Origin: a virus
Lineage: Duplodnaviria; Caudoviricetes
DNA length: 64,000 nt
Virus record (IMG/VR): IMGVR_UViG_637000224_000001
Coordinates: 1-64,000 of that record
Strand: one strand, 5' to 3'
Each line of letters starts with the position of its first letter. The first letter of the stretch is position 1. The notes under the pieces are model-generated. The model was given only the letters and a program-made list of their open reading frames with translations. It did no database searches and had not been told where the DNA came from. Both the position numbers and the translations under genes were made by a program. Shown here piece after piece: positions 1 through 9,101 of the stretch.

Positions 1-1071
1 ATGCCTGACTCGACTGCCATCAGCCAGCCCGCCAGTGAACTGCATTACGTAGACGACACTCAACCGGGTCTTACGCGCAAGGTACTGCGCGGCAAATTCG
101 CGTACTTTGACACCAAGGGTCAGCGCATCAAGGACGAGTCGGAGATCAAGCGCATCAACGCACTGGCAGTCCCGCCCGCCTACACCGAAGTGTGGATCTG
201 TGCCGATCCGCTGGGCCACCTGCAGGCCACCGGCCGCGATGCCCGCGGGCGCAAGCAGTATCGCTACCATCCGCGCTGGCGCGAAATACGTGATCAGGAC
301 AAATACTCGCGGCTGATCGAGTTCGGCCATGCGCTGCCCAAAGTGCGCAAGCAGATCGAAGCACAGCTCGCTCAGCCGGGCATGGGCCGGGAAAAAGTCA
401 TGGCGACGGTCATTTCATTGCTGGACGCAACACTGATCCGCATCGGCAACAGCCAGTACACCAAGGAAAACCGCTCGTACGGCCTGACCACCCTGCGCAA
501 CAAGCACGTCGAAGTCAAAGGCGGCCAGATCCTCTTCGAGTTCCGCGGCAAGAGCGGCGTCGAGCATAAAGTCAGCGTCAAGGATCGACGTCTGGCCAAC
601 GTGATCAAACGCTGCATGGAACTGCCCGGACAAAACCTCTTCCAGTACCTGGACGAAGACGGCGTACGCCACGCGGTGACCTCTTCCGACATCAATGCCT
701 ACCTGCAAAGCCTCACCGGCTCGGACTTCACCGCCAAGGACTACCGAACCTGGGCTGCCAGTGCGCTGGCACTGGCAACGCTGCAAAAACTGCACTGGGA
801 GCCAGAGGCCGACGCCAAACGGCACATCGTCGACATGGTCAAGGCAGTCTCGAAACAACTGGGCAATACCCCCGCCATCTGCCGAAAATGCTACATCCAC
901 CCGGCGGTTCTGGAAGGCTTCCTGCTCGGCAACCTGGCCAAACTCCCCCGCTCCCGACAACGCAAAGGCCTGCGCCTGGAAGAAGTTGCCCTGGCGAGCT
1001 ACCTGCGAATACTGGCTGACAAGGTCGAGGCCGTGGTGAACGATACGGTGGTGAAAGACAGCAAAGCCTGA
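1..1071 (+). CDS. Bacterial DNA topoisomerase IB (host gene)
   Basis: GRKQYRYH, LIRIGN, YGLTTL, FRGKSG, KDYRTW and LGNTPAICRKCYIHP motifs typical of TopIB. Confidence 0.93.
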   Translation: MPDSTAISQPASELHYVDDTQPGLTRKVLRGKFAYFDTKGQRIKDESEIKRINALAVPPAYTEVWICADPLGHLQATGRDARGRKQYRYHPRWREIRDQDKYSRLIEFGHALPKVRKQIEAQLAQPGMGREKVMATVISLLDATLIRIGNSQYTKENRSYGLTTLRNKHVEVKGGQILFEFRGKSGVEHKVSVKDRRLANVIKRCMELPGQNLFQYLDEDGVRHAVTSSDINAYLQSLTGSDFTAKDYRTWAASALALATLQKLHWEPEADAKRHIVDMVKAVSKQLGNTPAICRKCYIHPAVLEGFLLGNLAKLPRSRQRKGLRLEEVALASYLRILADKVEAVVNDTVVKDSKA

Positions 1072-1190
1072 GCCGCCTGACCATGGCACGTCAGCCTTTG
1101 CACCAATAAAATTTCGTAGCCTCATGATTTGCCAAGCATTTCTGACGGGCAAAAAAGCAGCGTCTTGTACCTTTCGGGACGCTTTCAAGC

Positions 1191-1219
1191 TTGCTTCATA
1201 GGGGCCGGGTGTATATATT
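1191..1219 (+). promoter_or_regulatory. Putative sigma70 promoter of tRNA-Leu
   Basis: TTGCTT(1191-1196)-17 bp-TATATT(1214-1219), 20 nt before the tRNA. Confidence 0.6.
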
Positions 1220-1238
1220 CCCTGCTCTTGGCGCTACC

Positions 1239-1324
1239 GCCCCGATGGCGAAATTGGTAGACGCAAGGGACTTAAAATCCCTCGTCCTTTGGACGTGCCG
1301 GTTCGACCCCGGCTCGGGGCACCA
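1239..1324 (+). tRNA. tRNA-Leu(TAA), prophage integration site
   Basis: GCCCCGA/TCGGGGC acceptor stem, AGGGA-CTTAAAA-TCCCT anticodon arm, long variable arm, GTTCGA T-loop, encoded CCA. Confidence 0.96.
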
Positions 1325-1338
1325 TTTAAAATCAAGGG
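1268..1338 (+). repeat. att core, left copy (71 bp)
   Basis: GGACTTAAAATCC...CACCATTTAAAATCAAGGG identical to 60597-60667. Confidence 0.95.
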
Positions 1339-1368
1339 GTTACGTGGCTTTAGTCACATCCCCCTTGA
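1332..1368 (+). terminator. Hairpin downstream of tRNA
   Basis: TCAAGGGG...CCCCTTGA inverted repeat. Confidence 0.5.
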
Positions 1369-1475
1369 GCTTCATGCTCCGCAATAAATAATGCTGCTCC
1401 GCAACTCGTCGTAAACCCTACCCTCCCGGCGTCCTGCCGACGAACACCACTCCCCAAACCAGAAGCACTCAACTA

Positions 1476-1491
1476 CTGTATGTCTATACAG
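1476..1491. promoter_or_regulatory. LexA (SOS) box
   Basis: CTGTATGTCTATACAG = CTG-N10-CAG, 20 bp upstream of ORF 1511. Confidence 0.85.
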
Positions 1492-1510
1492 CAACTGAGA
1501 ATCACTCATC

Positions 1511-1873
1511 ATGAACATCGACTACGCCGAAGACTGGCCGCTCTGCCCCACGGAGGAGCAGATGCTCAAGCAACACGCGCACCTGGTATCGGAAGAAAAT
1601 AGGCTGTTGCGCGATGAGGTAGACCGATATCGTAACCACGTCACCAAGCTGATTGACATGCACAATGACGCAGCCCTCGAGCGTGACAGGCTCCGGATAA
1701 AGCTGAGAGACGCGGACAGCCGGATATCTAATCTGCTGCGCGAAGCTTGCGACTCTTGGAAACAGACCAACTCTTTAGAGCAGGTCATAGAGCAACACCG
1801 CCTTTTGCTCAGGAACGCCAATGTCGATCCGGTAATGTGGGGGGGACGGTCGGATTCAGGTTCCCAGGCGTAG
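1511..1873 (+). CDS. SOS-regulated coiled-coil hypothetical protein
   Basis: 120-aa ORF with heptad-like L/I pattern behind a LexA box; a truncated homolog lies at 60836. Confidence 0.75.
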   Translation: MNIDYAEDWPLCPTEEQMLKQHAHLVSEENRLLRDEVDRYRNHVTKLIDMHNDAALERDRLRIKLRDADSRISNLLREACDSWKQTNSLEQVIEQHRLLLRNANVDPVMWGGRSDSGSQA

Positions 1874-1919
1874 CGGCACTTGAGCACGCGCTGCATCCTT
1901 CACCGCAAAGGGCGCACGG

Positions 1920-3200
1920 TCAGTACGCCCTGACTACCCACAGTTGATCCAATCGAGTCGTGTAGCTCTGGCTCATCATGTCCCTGCGCATTGCCCAGTC
2001 TGGATCGGACGGTACGCTCCCGGCCCTCAATGTCCCCCTCCCCCAGAGTGCATTGATTTCGTCGAGCACGCCCATCACCTTTTCTACCGCCGCTGGCTGC
2101 GACTCCGCAAACAGGTCATCCGTAAACTCGCCAGGTTGGCGAAGATCCAGCAGCAGCACTTCGGCCTTGCTGTACTTGTACCCTGGGCGGAAAAGTCGGT
2201 TGACCGCCTCAGTTGCACCCTTCGTCAGCAAGCGCACGTCATTGGTGGGATACGGCAGCTCGACCAGCGCACCATTCGCATATTTAGGTTCATCCGGGTT
2301 GAACATACCTGTGCGGATACTGACGCGCATCTTCTTGCACAGTGAATTCTGGGCACGCAGTTTTTCAGCGGCGCGCTGCGTGTAGGTGGCCACCGCTTCC
2401 TTGATCGGCTCGATAGTGGTCAGGCGCTGCCCAAACATTCGACTGCTGCAGATTTCCTGTTTGGGCGGATCAGCTTCGCTCATTTCCAAACACGACGTGC
2501 CGGCCAGCTCTCGCGCAGTCTTTTCAATGACGACACTGAACTTGGTGCGTAGGGTGCGCGCGTCAGCATTGGCCAAATCCATTGCGCTTCGGATGTTCAT
2601 GGCCTCTAGATGCGCTTTCATCTTCTTTCCCACTCCCCACACCTCTGACACACACGTATTGCGCAGCACCCAGTTGCGCTTGTGCAGGTCGCAGATGTCA
2701 ACGACTCCACCTGTTTGGGCCAGCAGTCTCTTAGCGGTGTGGTTCGCCAGCTTGGCAAGCGTCTTGGTAGGCCCAATGCCAACGCCAACTGGTATACCGG
2801 TGCATTTGAGGATTTTCGACCGGATGCGCCGGCCAAATTCTGTCATGTCGCCCGGTATGCCCGTCAGATCGGCAAACGCTTCATCGATGCTATAAACCTC
2901 CGAGGCGGGCACCATCGACTCGATGATCGTCATAACCCGCTCACTCATGTCGCCATACAGGGCGTAATTGCTGCTGAAGGCAATCACGCCGTTCTGACGC
3001 AAAACGTCCTTGATCTGAAAGTACGGTGCACCCATTTTCACAAATGGTTTTGCGTCATAGCTCCGGGCGATAACACATCCGTCGTTGTTACTGAGCACTA
3101 CGATGGGAGTCTTTGCCAGGTCGGGACGGAAAGCTCGCTCGCAGCTCGCATAAAAACAGTTGCAGTCGATCAGCGCGAAGACATTCTCATGACCGGCCAT
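1920..3200 (-). CDS. umuC: Y-family DNA polymerase V catalytic subunit (UmuC/RulB)
   Basis: ALIDCNCFYASCE, VLSNNDGC, YSIDEAF, C-terminal SQSYTTRLDQL; start placed at MAGHENV (3200). Confidence 0.95.
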   Translation of the reverse strand: MAGHENVFALIDCNCFYASCERAFRPDLAKTPIVVLSNNDGCVIARSYDAKPFVKMGAPYFQIKDVLRQNGVIAFSSNYALYGDMSERVMTIIESMVPASEVYSIDEAFADLTGIPGDMTEFGRRIRSKILKCTGIPVGVGIGPTKTLAKLANHTAKRLLAQTGGVVDICDLHKRNWVLRNTCVSEVWGVGKKMKAHLEAMNIRSAMDLANADARTLRTKFSVVIEKTARELAGTSCLEMSEADPPKQEICSSRMFGQRLTTIEPIKEAVATYTQRAAEKLRAQNSLCKKMRVSIRTGMFNPDEPKYANGALVELPYPTNDVRLLTKGATEAVNRLFRPGYKYSKAEVLLLDLRQPGEFTDDLFAESQPAAVEKVMGVLDEINALWGRGTLRAGSVPSDPDWAMRRDMMSQSYTTRLDQLWVVRAY

Positions 3201-3618
3201 GATCGCGCACGCTGTAACGAACGACTCCCAAGATGGACAGTTCATCGCCTTCCATGATGTGTCGAGGTGCGAAATGCGGATTTTCTGACTGAAGGATAAC
3301 GACGTCATTACGCATGTGCAGCCGCTTGCAAACGGCCTCGGCGTTGAGCGCAGCAACGACGATATCACCATGCTCGGCCTCAAGGCTTCGATCTACGATC
3401 GCAAGATCACCACTATGGATGCCTGCCCCCTGCATGCTCTCACCCAAGACAGTAACCAGGTAAACATGCGGCGCCCGAATGCTGAAAAGCTCATCGAGCG
3501 ATATATGCTTCTCGATGTGGTCTGCTGCCGGCGAGGGGAACCCTGCTGATACCAAAGATGAGAACCATGGGAGCTTCGCCCCCTCTTCTGCCAGGGTGCC
3601 GAGGTAAGTGACATTCAT
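3187..3618 (-). CDS. umuD: Pol V accessory subunit UmuD/RulA (S24 peptidase)
   Basis: VSAGFPSPAADH cleavage motif, GESMQGAGI, VCKRL. Confidence 0.95.
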   Translation of the reverse strand: MNVTYLGTLAEEGAKLPWFSSLVSAGFPSPAADHIEKHISLDELFSIRAPHVYLVTVLGESMQGAGIHSGDLAIVDRSLEAEHGDIVVAALNAEAVCKRLHMRNDVVILQSENPHFAPRHIMEGDELSILGVVRYSVRDHGRS

Positions 3619-3651
3619 GATGTTCGCCGTTTTTCGTGGGTGAGTGATTAA

Positions 3652-3667
3652 CTGTATGCATATACAG
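3652..3667. promoter_or_regulatory. LexA (SOS) box between umuD and SRAP
   Basis: aaCTGTATGCATATACAGtt, near-perfect palindrome. Confidence 0.9.
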
Positions 3668-3739
3668 TTAACTCTTTGCCCTTACCGTGGTCAATCGTAG
3701 AGACGGGCATTTTCGACGAGTGACATTACGGGTGACATC

Positions 3740-4429
3740 ATGTGCGGACGCTACTCGATCTATGAATCCATGGACCATTACCTAAAAGAGCTTGCGCCAG
3801 AGCAGCTGGTTATCAATGGCTATGACCTCTGGCCCATTGAGCGTTACAACGTTGCTCCGACGACTCGCGTTGAGATCATCCGACCGACGGAGACCGGCCT
3901 GAGTGTCGACAAGGTTCGCTGGGGATGGGCTCCGTTCTGGGCCCAGGGGAAACGTCCGGCCCCCATTAATGCACGCGTCGAAACGGTGATGACTGGAAAG
4001 TTCTTCAAAGAGTTGTGGCCGCACGGCCGTGCTCTCGCACCTGCAAATGGCTGGTTTGAATGGGTTAAGAATCCTGATGACCCCAAGAAAAAGCAGCCTT
4101 ACTTCATCCGACTCAAAAGCCAAAAGCCGATGTTTTTCGCAGCGCTCGCGCAAGTTCATGCTGGGCTGCAACCTCACGAAGGCGACGGGTTCGTGATTAT
4201 TACTGCGGCCAGCGATCAGGGAATGGTCGACATACACGACCGGCGCCCATTGGTCCTCAGCCCCGAACTGGCGCGCGAGTGGACAGACCCGTCCACTGCC
4301 CCATCGCGCGCCGCCGAGATAGCTCGGGAATGCTGTACTCCAGTCGATGAGTTTGAGTGGTATACGGTTGGCAAGGCCGTGGGTAACGTCCGGAACCAAG
4401 GGGCGGAACTGATAGAGGAAGTCGAATAA
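3740..4429 (+). CDS. SOS response-associated peptidase (SRAP/YedK/HMCES family)
   Basis: MCGRY N-terminus, RYNVAPT, NARVET, GWFEW, IHDRRP. Confidence 0.93.
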   Translation: MCGRYSIYESMDHYLKELAPEQLVINGYDLWPIERYNVAPTTRVEIIRPTETGLSVDKVRWGWAPFWAQGKRPAPINARVETVMTGKFFKELWPHGRALAPANGWFEWVKNPDDPKKKQPYFIRLKSQKPMFFAALAQVHAGLQPHEGDGFVIITAASDQGMVDIHDRRPLVLSPELAREWTDPSTAPSRAAEIARECCTPVDEFEWYTVGKAVGNVRNQGAELIEEVE

Positions 4430-4457
4430 ATTCATACGCCCAAGGCAGCCCAAGCAT

Positions 4458-5702
4458 TTAAACCTTGCGTATCCCGAACTGCGCGGCCTTGACCGTCGAG
4501 TCCTGCGGCACGCCTGCAGCCAGGTATAGGCCCATGCGCGAGGTGATAACGGTTTCAGTCAGGTCAATCGTGCCGCGCTGCGTTTCCAGCCCACCGGAAA
4601 AGCTGGCCGGCATGGTGAACGGTTCTTGGTACTTGTCCATCGACCGATAGTAGGACGTGGACGATGCGCCATTGACCGTCTTGGTGATGGTCAACTCAGC
4701 TTCCCAGGCCAGTATCCCGCGCGATGAGCCGTCGATCTCGACCGCCGACACCATTTCGATAACGTCGCCGGCCGCCAGGTTGGTCTGTACCACGTTGGCC
4801 GTGGGTTGCATGTAGATGTAGCCGCCCGCAGCCGCCATGTTGCCACGCAGCTCGATGCACTGCGCCTCACCATAGGCGGCAGGCTCCTTGTACCACCGCG
4901 TGGTGATCCCGGCCAGGCCAGAGCCCACAGCCTTGTAGCCGTCCGCCAGCACCGACCCGGCCACAGCGTTCACGCCAGCCGGTAGCGCGCCGCTAGCGCC
5001 CGCCAGCAGCGGGTTGGCATTGAGGCAGCCGAACGGACGGATGGCCGAGTAAATGTCGCCAGCGTCAGTGGGCAGCGGAATACCGGGAAATTCGAAGTTG
5101 GCGGTGATGATCGGCACCACACGCGAACTGATGAACTCGGCACCCAGGATATTGGGATGCAGGCCCTCGACAGTCATCGCTTCGGTGAAGCCGTCCCAAA
5201 TATTCACGACCGGTACGAACTGGCTGACATAGCTCACCACCCAGTCTTTGTAAGCGCTCGCATCGGCCAGCGCCTGCCCGGTCAACGCCCTGTTGCCGAA
5301 GCGCGGCGTGCCGGTGCCGACGATCAGGTACTTGCCGGGCGTGTCCAGGAACGCGGTGACGATCTTCATCACGTTGGCTTTCGTGTCGGCCAAGCTCATA
5401 CCTGCCGTGGTGCTGTCGTTGGTCCGCGACAGCAGCAGCCACAGGTCGGCAGTGGACGACGCAATGCAGGCCGGAAGTCTGGCCAGAAACTGCCCGGTGT
5501 GGTCGCCGAGCTTGCCCTGGTTGTCGAGGTAGCTGGGAAACAGGCCAGTGCGCGCCGCGATCCAGGCCGCGAAGCCATACGCCTCGGTACCGAAGGCCGT
5601 CGTCGCGATGGTGTGGCAGTTGCCCGAGAAGCTATCGCCGAGCAGGCCCAGGCCACGCCGGATCGGTTGGCGGCGTTGGATCGCGTTTACCAGAAGGCTC
5701 AT
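4458..5702 (-). CDS. SGNH/GDSL hydrolase family protein with C-terminal beta-rich domain
   Basis: LLGDSFS (block I), GKLGD, SRTND (block III), EGLHPNILG (block V). Confidence 0.8.
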   Translation of the reverse strand: MSLLVNAIQRRQPIRRGLGLLGDSFSGNCHTIATTAFGTEAYGFAAWIAARTGLFPSYLDNQGKLGDHTGQFLARLPACIASSTADLWLLLSRTNDSTTAGMSLADTKANVMKIVTAFLDTPGKYLIVGTGTPRFGNRALTGQALADASAYKDWVVSYVSQFVPVVNIWDGFTEAMTVEGLHPNILGAEFISSRVVPIITANFEFPGIPLPTDAGDIYSAIRPFGCLNANPLLAGASGALPAGVNAVAGSVLADGYKAVGSGLAGITTRWYKEPAAYGEAQCIELRGNMAAAGGYIYMQPTANVVQTNLAAGDVIEMVSAVEIDGSSRGILAWEAELTITKTVNGASSTSYYRSMDKYQEPFTMPASFSGGLETQRGTIDLTETVITSRMGLYLAAGVPQDSTVKAAQFGIRKV

Positions 5703-5911
5703 CGAGTCACCTCGAAGACAGCGCCACCATTGGGTGTAATGCGCGTCGAAGAATTTCCGAGCTGCAGCAGGTAGCCGCCATCTTTGGTGAAGGTGTCAGT
5801 CACCACCCAGCTACCGCCGGCCTGCTTTTCGACGGTCACGCTGCCGCCGTTCGCCTTGATGATCAGCATCGTCTGGCCCATGTATTTTTGAATCAGCTGG
5901 GTATTTGCCAT
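5699..5911 (-). CDS. Small hypothetical protein coupled to the SGNH gene
   Basis: 70 aa; 4-bp overlap with the SGNH start. Confidence 0.7.
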   Translation of the reverse strand: MANTQLIQKYMGQTMLIIKANGGSVTVEKQAGGSWVVTDTFTKDGGYLLQLGNSSTRITPNGGAVFEVTR

Positions 5912-5923
5912 TTTATTGTTCCG

Positions 5924-6451
5924 TTACTCGGAGGTAATCAGGGGCTTGGGGAGCGCATCAACAAAGCGGTTACACGCCAAGCCGGCTATTCGGGATTCGT
6001 CATAAGCCTTTGCCAGCTCTCCCGCTCGCGCGTCAGCCCGGCTGAGCAGTTCGGAGAGCACCATGGCGGCGCGGCTGGCTGCCTTGCCTCGTTCGGCAGC
6101 GCCGGTATCGCCGGGGGCGCAACTGGTGGCGGCTGCCAGCTTTTTGGCTTCGACACGCAGCCGGTCGCCAGCAGCGTCAGCGACAGCAGCATCAGTAAGC
6201 GCAGCGGTCTGTTCTTGTCTTGCATCGTTTGCCACCTGGTTGGCCGCTTTCTGGCGGCGTTGCTCTTCGGTTCGGTACTCGGTGGTCGTGGTGGCCACCG
6301 CCTCGGATTGGGTGCTGATCTGCTCGGCCCACTTCGCCTTCCAGGCCAGATCGGTGACGGTCACGCCTTGCCGGTATGCCCCGTACAACGCGCCGGCCAG
6401 CGCCAGCAGGATCAGCAGCAGGCCCAAAGCCCTCCACGGCAGGGCCTTCAC
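5924..6451 (-). CDS. Rz-like inner-membrane spanin
   Basis: N-terminal TM, Ala-rich coiled coil, C-terminal RIAGLACNRF; overlaps the endolysin stop. Confidence 0.85.
   Translation of the reverse strand: MKALPWRALGLLLILLALAGALYGAYRQGVTVTDLAWKAKWAEQISTQSEAVATTTTEYRTEEQRRQKAANQVANDARQEQTAALTDAAVADAAGDRLRVEAKKLAAATSCAPGDTGAAERGKAASRAAMVLSELLSRADARAGELAKAYDESRIAGLACNRFVDALPKPLITSE
5986..6225 (-). CDS. Rz1-like outer-membrane spanin nested in Rz
   Basis: Signal peptide with lipobox LATG-C, Pro-rich body, embedded in another frame of Rz. Confidence 0.8.
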   Translation of the reverse strand: MQDKNRPLRLLMLLSLTLLATGCVSKPKSWQPPPVAPPAIPALPNEARQPAAPPWCSPNCSAGLTRERESWQRLMTNPE

Positions 6452-6981
6452 GCCAGCACCTCAAGCGCTCGGGCGTACAGCGCCTGCCGATCAGCCAGTC
6501 CGTTCGTGCCGCCATTGATGCGACGGGTGATCGTCAGGAAATCGCCCTTGTCGGCCAGCGTGTTGAGCGCGGCCCGGTGCCAGAACCACGCAGCCGACAT
6601 CGCGGCGTGCTGCGCCAGCTCGAGCAATTCGGGATGGTTGATCAGGTCCAGGCCCAGCGCTTCGGCGCACTCGGCGTAGTTCGCCCGCCCGGTGATCTGG
6701 ATCAGGCCGCGCCCGCGGTATTTGGAGCCATCGCCCGGCACGGTATTGCCCAGGTCTTTACGCCCCTCGTACCCCAACTGCTGCGGAGTCGGCCCCCAAA
6801 TCTCGCGGACGTAGCGCAGCTGGCCGGATTCATGACCGACCTGGGCAATGAATGCCGCGATGCGCAGCGGTGTCACGATCTGGTACTTGCTCATCGCCGT
6901 ATTGAGAACGGGTGCAAAAACGCCGGCTTTCTGGCCGGCGTTCGGGAGGATCTGCAGCAGTTGCTGCGCTGTGATAGGCAT
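6448..6981 (-). CDS. Glycoside hydrolase family 19 endolysin
   Basis: AAFIAQVGHESGQL, YRGRGLIQITGRANY, TRRINGGTNGLADR. Confidence 0.93.
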   Translation of the reverse strand: MPITAQQLLQILPNAGQKAGVFAPVLNTAMSKYQIVTPLRIAAFIAQVGHESGQLRYVREIWGPTPQQLGYEGRKDLGNTVPGDGSKYRGRGLIQITGRANYAECAEALGLDLINHPELLELAQHAAMSAAWFWHRAALNTLADKGDFLTITRRINGGTNGLADRQALYARALEVLA

Positions 6982-7087
6982 TCGATTTTCTCCAAACAAA
7001 AAACTAGGTGCTACCGAGGAAAAACATTGATGTGTCCTCCCTATAACTGAAACCGTCAGTTAGGCATCAATTACACAAGGAGGCTTT

Positions 7088-7261
7088 ATGAAGATGAAGT
7101 GCGTGATGTTGCTGATGATTGCGCTGATTTCTGGATGTGCTAACTACAGCCCCGGCAAATTCGGTGGCAAAGAGAACCCTCGCAACATATCTTGCAACGC
7201 AACTCCGCCAAATCAGCCGGGATGCTACGAAGCACCGACAAAATACGGTCAGTTCAATTGA
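7088..7261 (+). CDS. 57-aa lipoprotein moron (not in ORF track)
   Basis: AAGGAGG RBS at 7077-7083; MKMKCVMLLMIALISG-C lipobox; TGA at 7259-7261. Confidence 0.75.
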   Translation: MKMKCVMLLMIALISGCANYSPGKFGGKENPRNISCNATPPNQPGCYEAPTKYGQFN

Positions 7262-7276
7262 ATATTGACTGAGACA

Positions 7277-7645
7277 TCAAGGCTGCTCTGGAAAGCTGTT
7301 CATGGGTGCGGCGGCTATCGTCGGAATGGCAGGAGCAGCAGGCCAGACAGCTGCCTGATGCCACGTAGCCTGGGCGGTCACTTTGCCCAGCGCGAACTTG
7401 TAGGCCTTCCACGTCTTGAGAACAGGGACGAGCGCTGCCGCCTCTTCCTCTTCCTGCTTGGTCGCCTCTCCGGCCTCGATTCCATAGCCCAGCGTTTCAA
7501 TACGGTCCTGAATACGGGCAATCTGCTGAGCTGCCGCACCGCTTCTATCGATCAGGTCGCTATTTGCCTTGGCTAGGGATCGAGCTTCAGCAGCCGCGTC
7601 TTTCATTTCTTTGGTAATTAATTGGGCCCAGTCAATATTGGACAT
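7277..7645 (-). CDS. Tail fibre assembly-like protein
   Basis: MSNIDWAQLITK..., WKAYKFALGKV...WP; follows the tail fibre genes. Confidence 0.7.
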   Translation of the reverse strand: MSNIDWAQLITKEMKDAAAEARSLAKANSDLIDRSGAAAQQIARIQDRIETLGYGIEAGEATKQEEEEAAALVPVLKTWKAYKFALGKVTAQATWHQAAVWPAAPAIPTIAAAPMNSFPEQP

Positions 7646-7658
7646 ATGTTCAGATCCT

Positions 7659-7973
7659 TTAAGCCGTTTCGATCAGAGGTAGAGCTTTCGGAAACTGGAC
7701 GATACCGTCAGGCACATCAGTTAGGTCCGCGGGGTACGCTTGCTCGGGACTGTAGTTTGCGGGAACAGGTAAAATCAGGCATACGATAAGTTGTCCGCCA
7801 TCAAAATTAACGTCATCCCATATCCATTCACATGCAATGGCGGACTTCGGCAACGTACCCCCTTCTTGCATTGGCGAAAAGTCGAACGTATCTCCATTAA
7901 TCTTCAATACCATGCCGTTTTTTTCTACAACAAATGCATCATCCCGTCGCTGGGGAGCTATTTTGATAATCAT
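7659..7973 (-). CDS. Tail fibre-associated hypothetical protein
   Basis: MIIKIAPQRRDD...INGDTFDFS; start overlaps the fibre stop. Confidence 0.7.
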   Translation of the reverse strand: MIIKIAPQRRDDAFVVEKNGMVLKINGDTFDFSPMQEGGTLPKSAIACEWIWDDVNFDGGQLIVCLILPVPANYSPEQAYPADLTDVPDGIVQFPKALPLIETA

Positions 7974-9076
7974 TAGAACCACCTGCCAACGGCTATATAA
8001 CAAAGGTACGAAGAAGCGGTACTCGACGGGGAAACAACTCGACCGATGATGCCCGTAGTAGTGGCACTACCATCGGATGCCCCCCAACAAAAGTAACCAT
8101 TAGAAGTCATGGCCTGCATCGTCACTGCCGGAACAGCAGCAAATGGCGCAGGAAATACGAAAGAAACGCCGCCTGAGTAGAAGATCGGTCCACCGCCCTG
8201 GCTAGCCGCCACTGGGGCTGGCGATATCCCTCGGCAAATCATCGTGCCGTCCAAATACTTCGTGAACGTGCCCCCATTCAAATTTCCAGTTTCTATTATC
8301 GCCCCGGTGGGCATGCCTCCCGACTGTGAAACGGTCCCTACTGCGTTACCCTCGTGGTATAAGGTCCGTGCTACTTCACCCATTGAAAACCCACCGATCT
8401 TGAATTTGTTGTCGGTGTCAACTCCAAGGTGAAGACCAAACGCCCCATCTCGAATAAATGTCATTACCGCGGATGCGCTATTGTTGTTGCCATTACCTAT
8501 TCGTAGCGCCGTGTTACCGTTATTGTTAGTGGGGCCTATTGAGGCTATGCCGGGCGGAGCTCCCGAAAAAAGACTTGTCCCAACGGAAGAATTAGCCGCC
8601 CCCAAGCGCACACCGCCCAATGCCTGGATGGCTTCGCCAGCACTCTTCTTGCCGGTCCCACCCTGCTCAATCGTCAGCGCCGTTGTCAGACCCGACAGGG
8701 AGAGGATGTCGCTGTTGTTCCCGGCGGCGGCAGCAGCAAGTGCTGCGCGCACACCTTCGCGCGTACCAGAAGTGCCCAACACCGCAAGGGTAGAGCCGAA
8801 CTGATTGACCAGCGCCCGGAGCGCATCAGCAGAATCCTTGACGTAGCCCTGCATCGGAGCAAGCGCGTACCCGCCCGCGTTGTTGGTGACTCCCTGATAG
8901 TTCGGCGCGATCGACATCGCGGTATTGCTGGCGATGTTGGTCACCTCATACCAGCCACCATCAGGCCCGCGAAAGCCATCACCTACCCGGCTGTTCGCGA
9001 TGAAGGCGGTATTGGTGCCAATGACCGCATTCGAATTTTGGGTGACGGAAACCGTACCCGACTTGTACCAAGGCAT
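7973..9076 (-). CDS. Tail fibre protein
   Basis: MPWYKSGTVSVT N-terminus, Gly/Ser/Asn-rich body, C-terminal YLDGTMICRG...YIAVGRW. Confidence 0.85.
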   Translation of the reverse strand: MPWYKSGTVSVTQNSNAVIGTNTAFIANSRVGDGFRGPDGGWYEVTNIASNTAMSIAPNYQGVTNNAGGYALAPMQGYVKDSADALRALVNQFGSTLAVLGTSGTREGVRAALAAAAAGNNSDILSLSGLTTALTIEQGGTGKKSAGEAIQALGGVRLGAANSSVGTSLFSGAPPGIASIGPTNNNGNTALRIGNGNNNSASAVMTFIRDGAFGLHLGVDTDNKFKIGGFSMGEVARTLYHEGNAVGTVSQSGGMPTGAIIETGNLNGGTFTKYLDGTMICRGISPAPVAASQGGGPIFYSGGVSFVFPAPFAAVPAVTMQAMTSNGYFCWGASDGSATTTGIIGRVVSPSSTASSYLCYIAVGRWF

Positions 9077-9101
9077 GATGTTTACTCAATCAGTTGATGT
9101 G

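Noticed and set aside
1-1071. Topoisomerase IB as prophage cargo
   Set aside because: Lies outside the att repeat with host-like codon usage; bacterial TopIB is already described
415-1188. Long antisense or alternative-frame ORFs (e.g. 415-1188, 5157-5774, 12007-13134, 29421-30479, 54852-55907, 60904-61635)
   Set aside because: Shadows of well-supported genes in GC-rich DNA; no motifs or RBS
1920-3383. 487-aa extended UmuC and similar over-long starts (RhuM 44016, YqaJ 48178, CI 41250, endolysin 6999)
   Set aside because: Extensions overlap upstream genes or operators; family homology starts at downstream Met codons
7973-9076. Diversity-generating retroelement or invertible tail-fibre cassette
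   Set aside because: No reverse transcriptase or invertase, and no template repeat or flanking inverted repeats noticed
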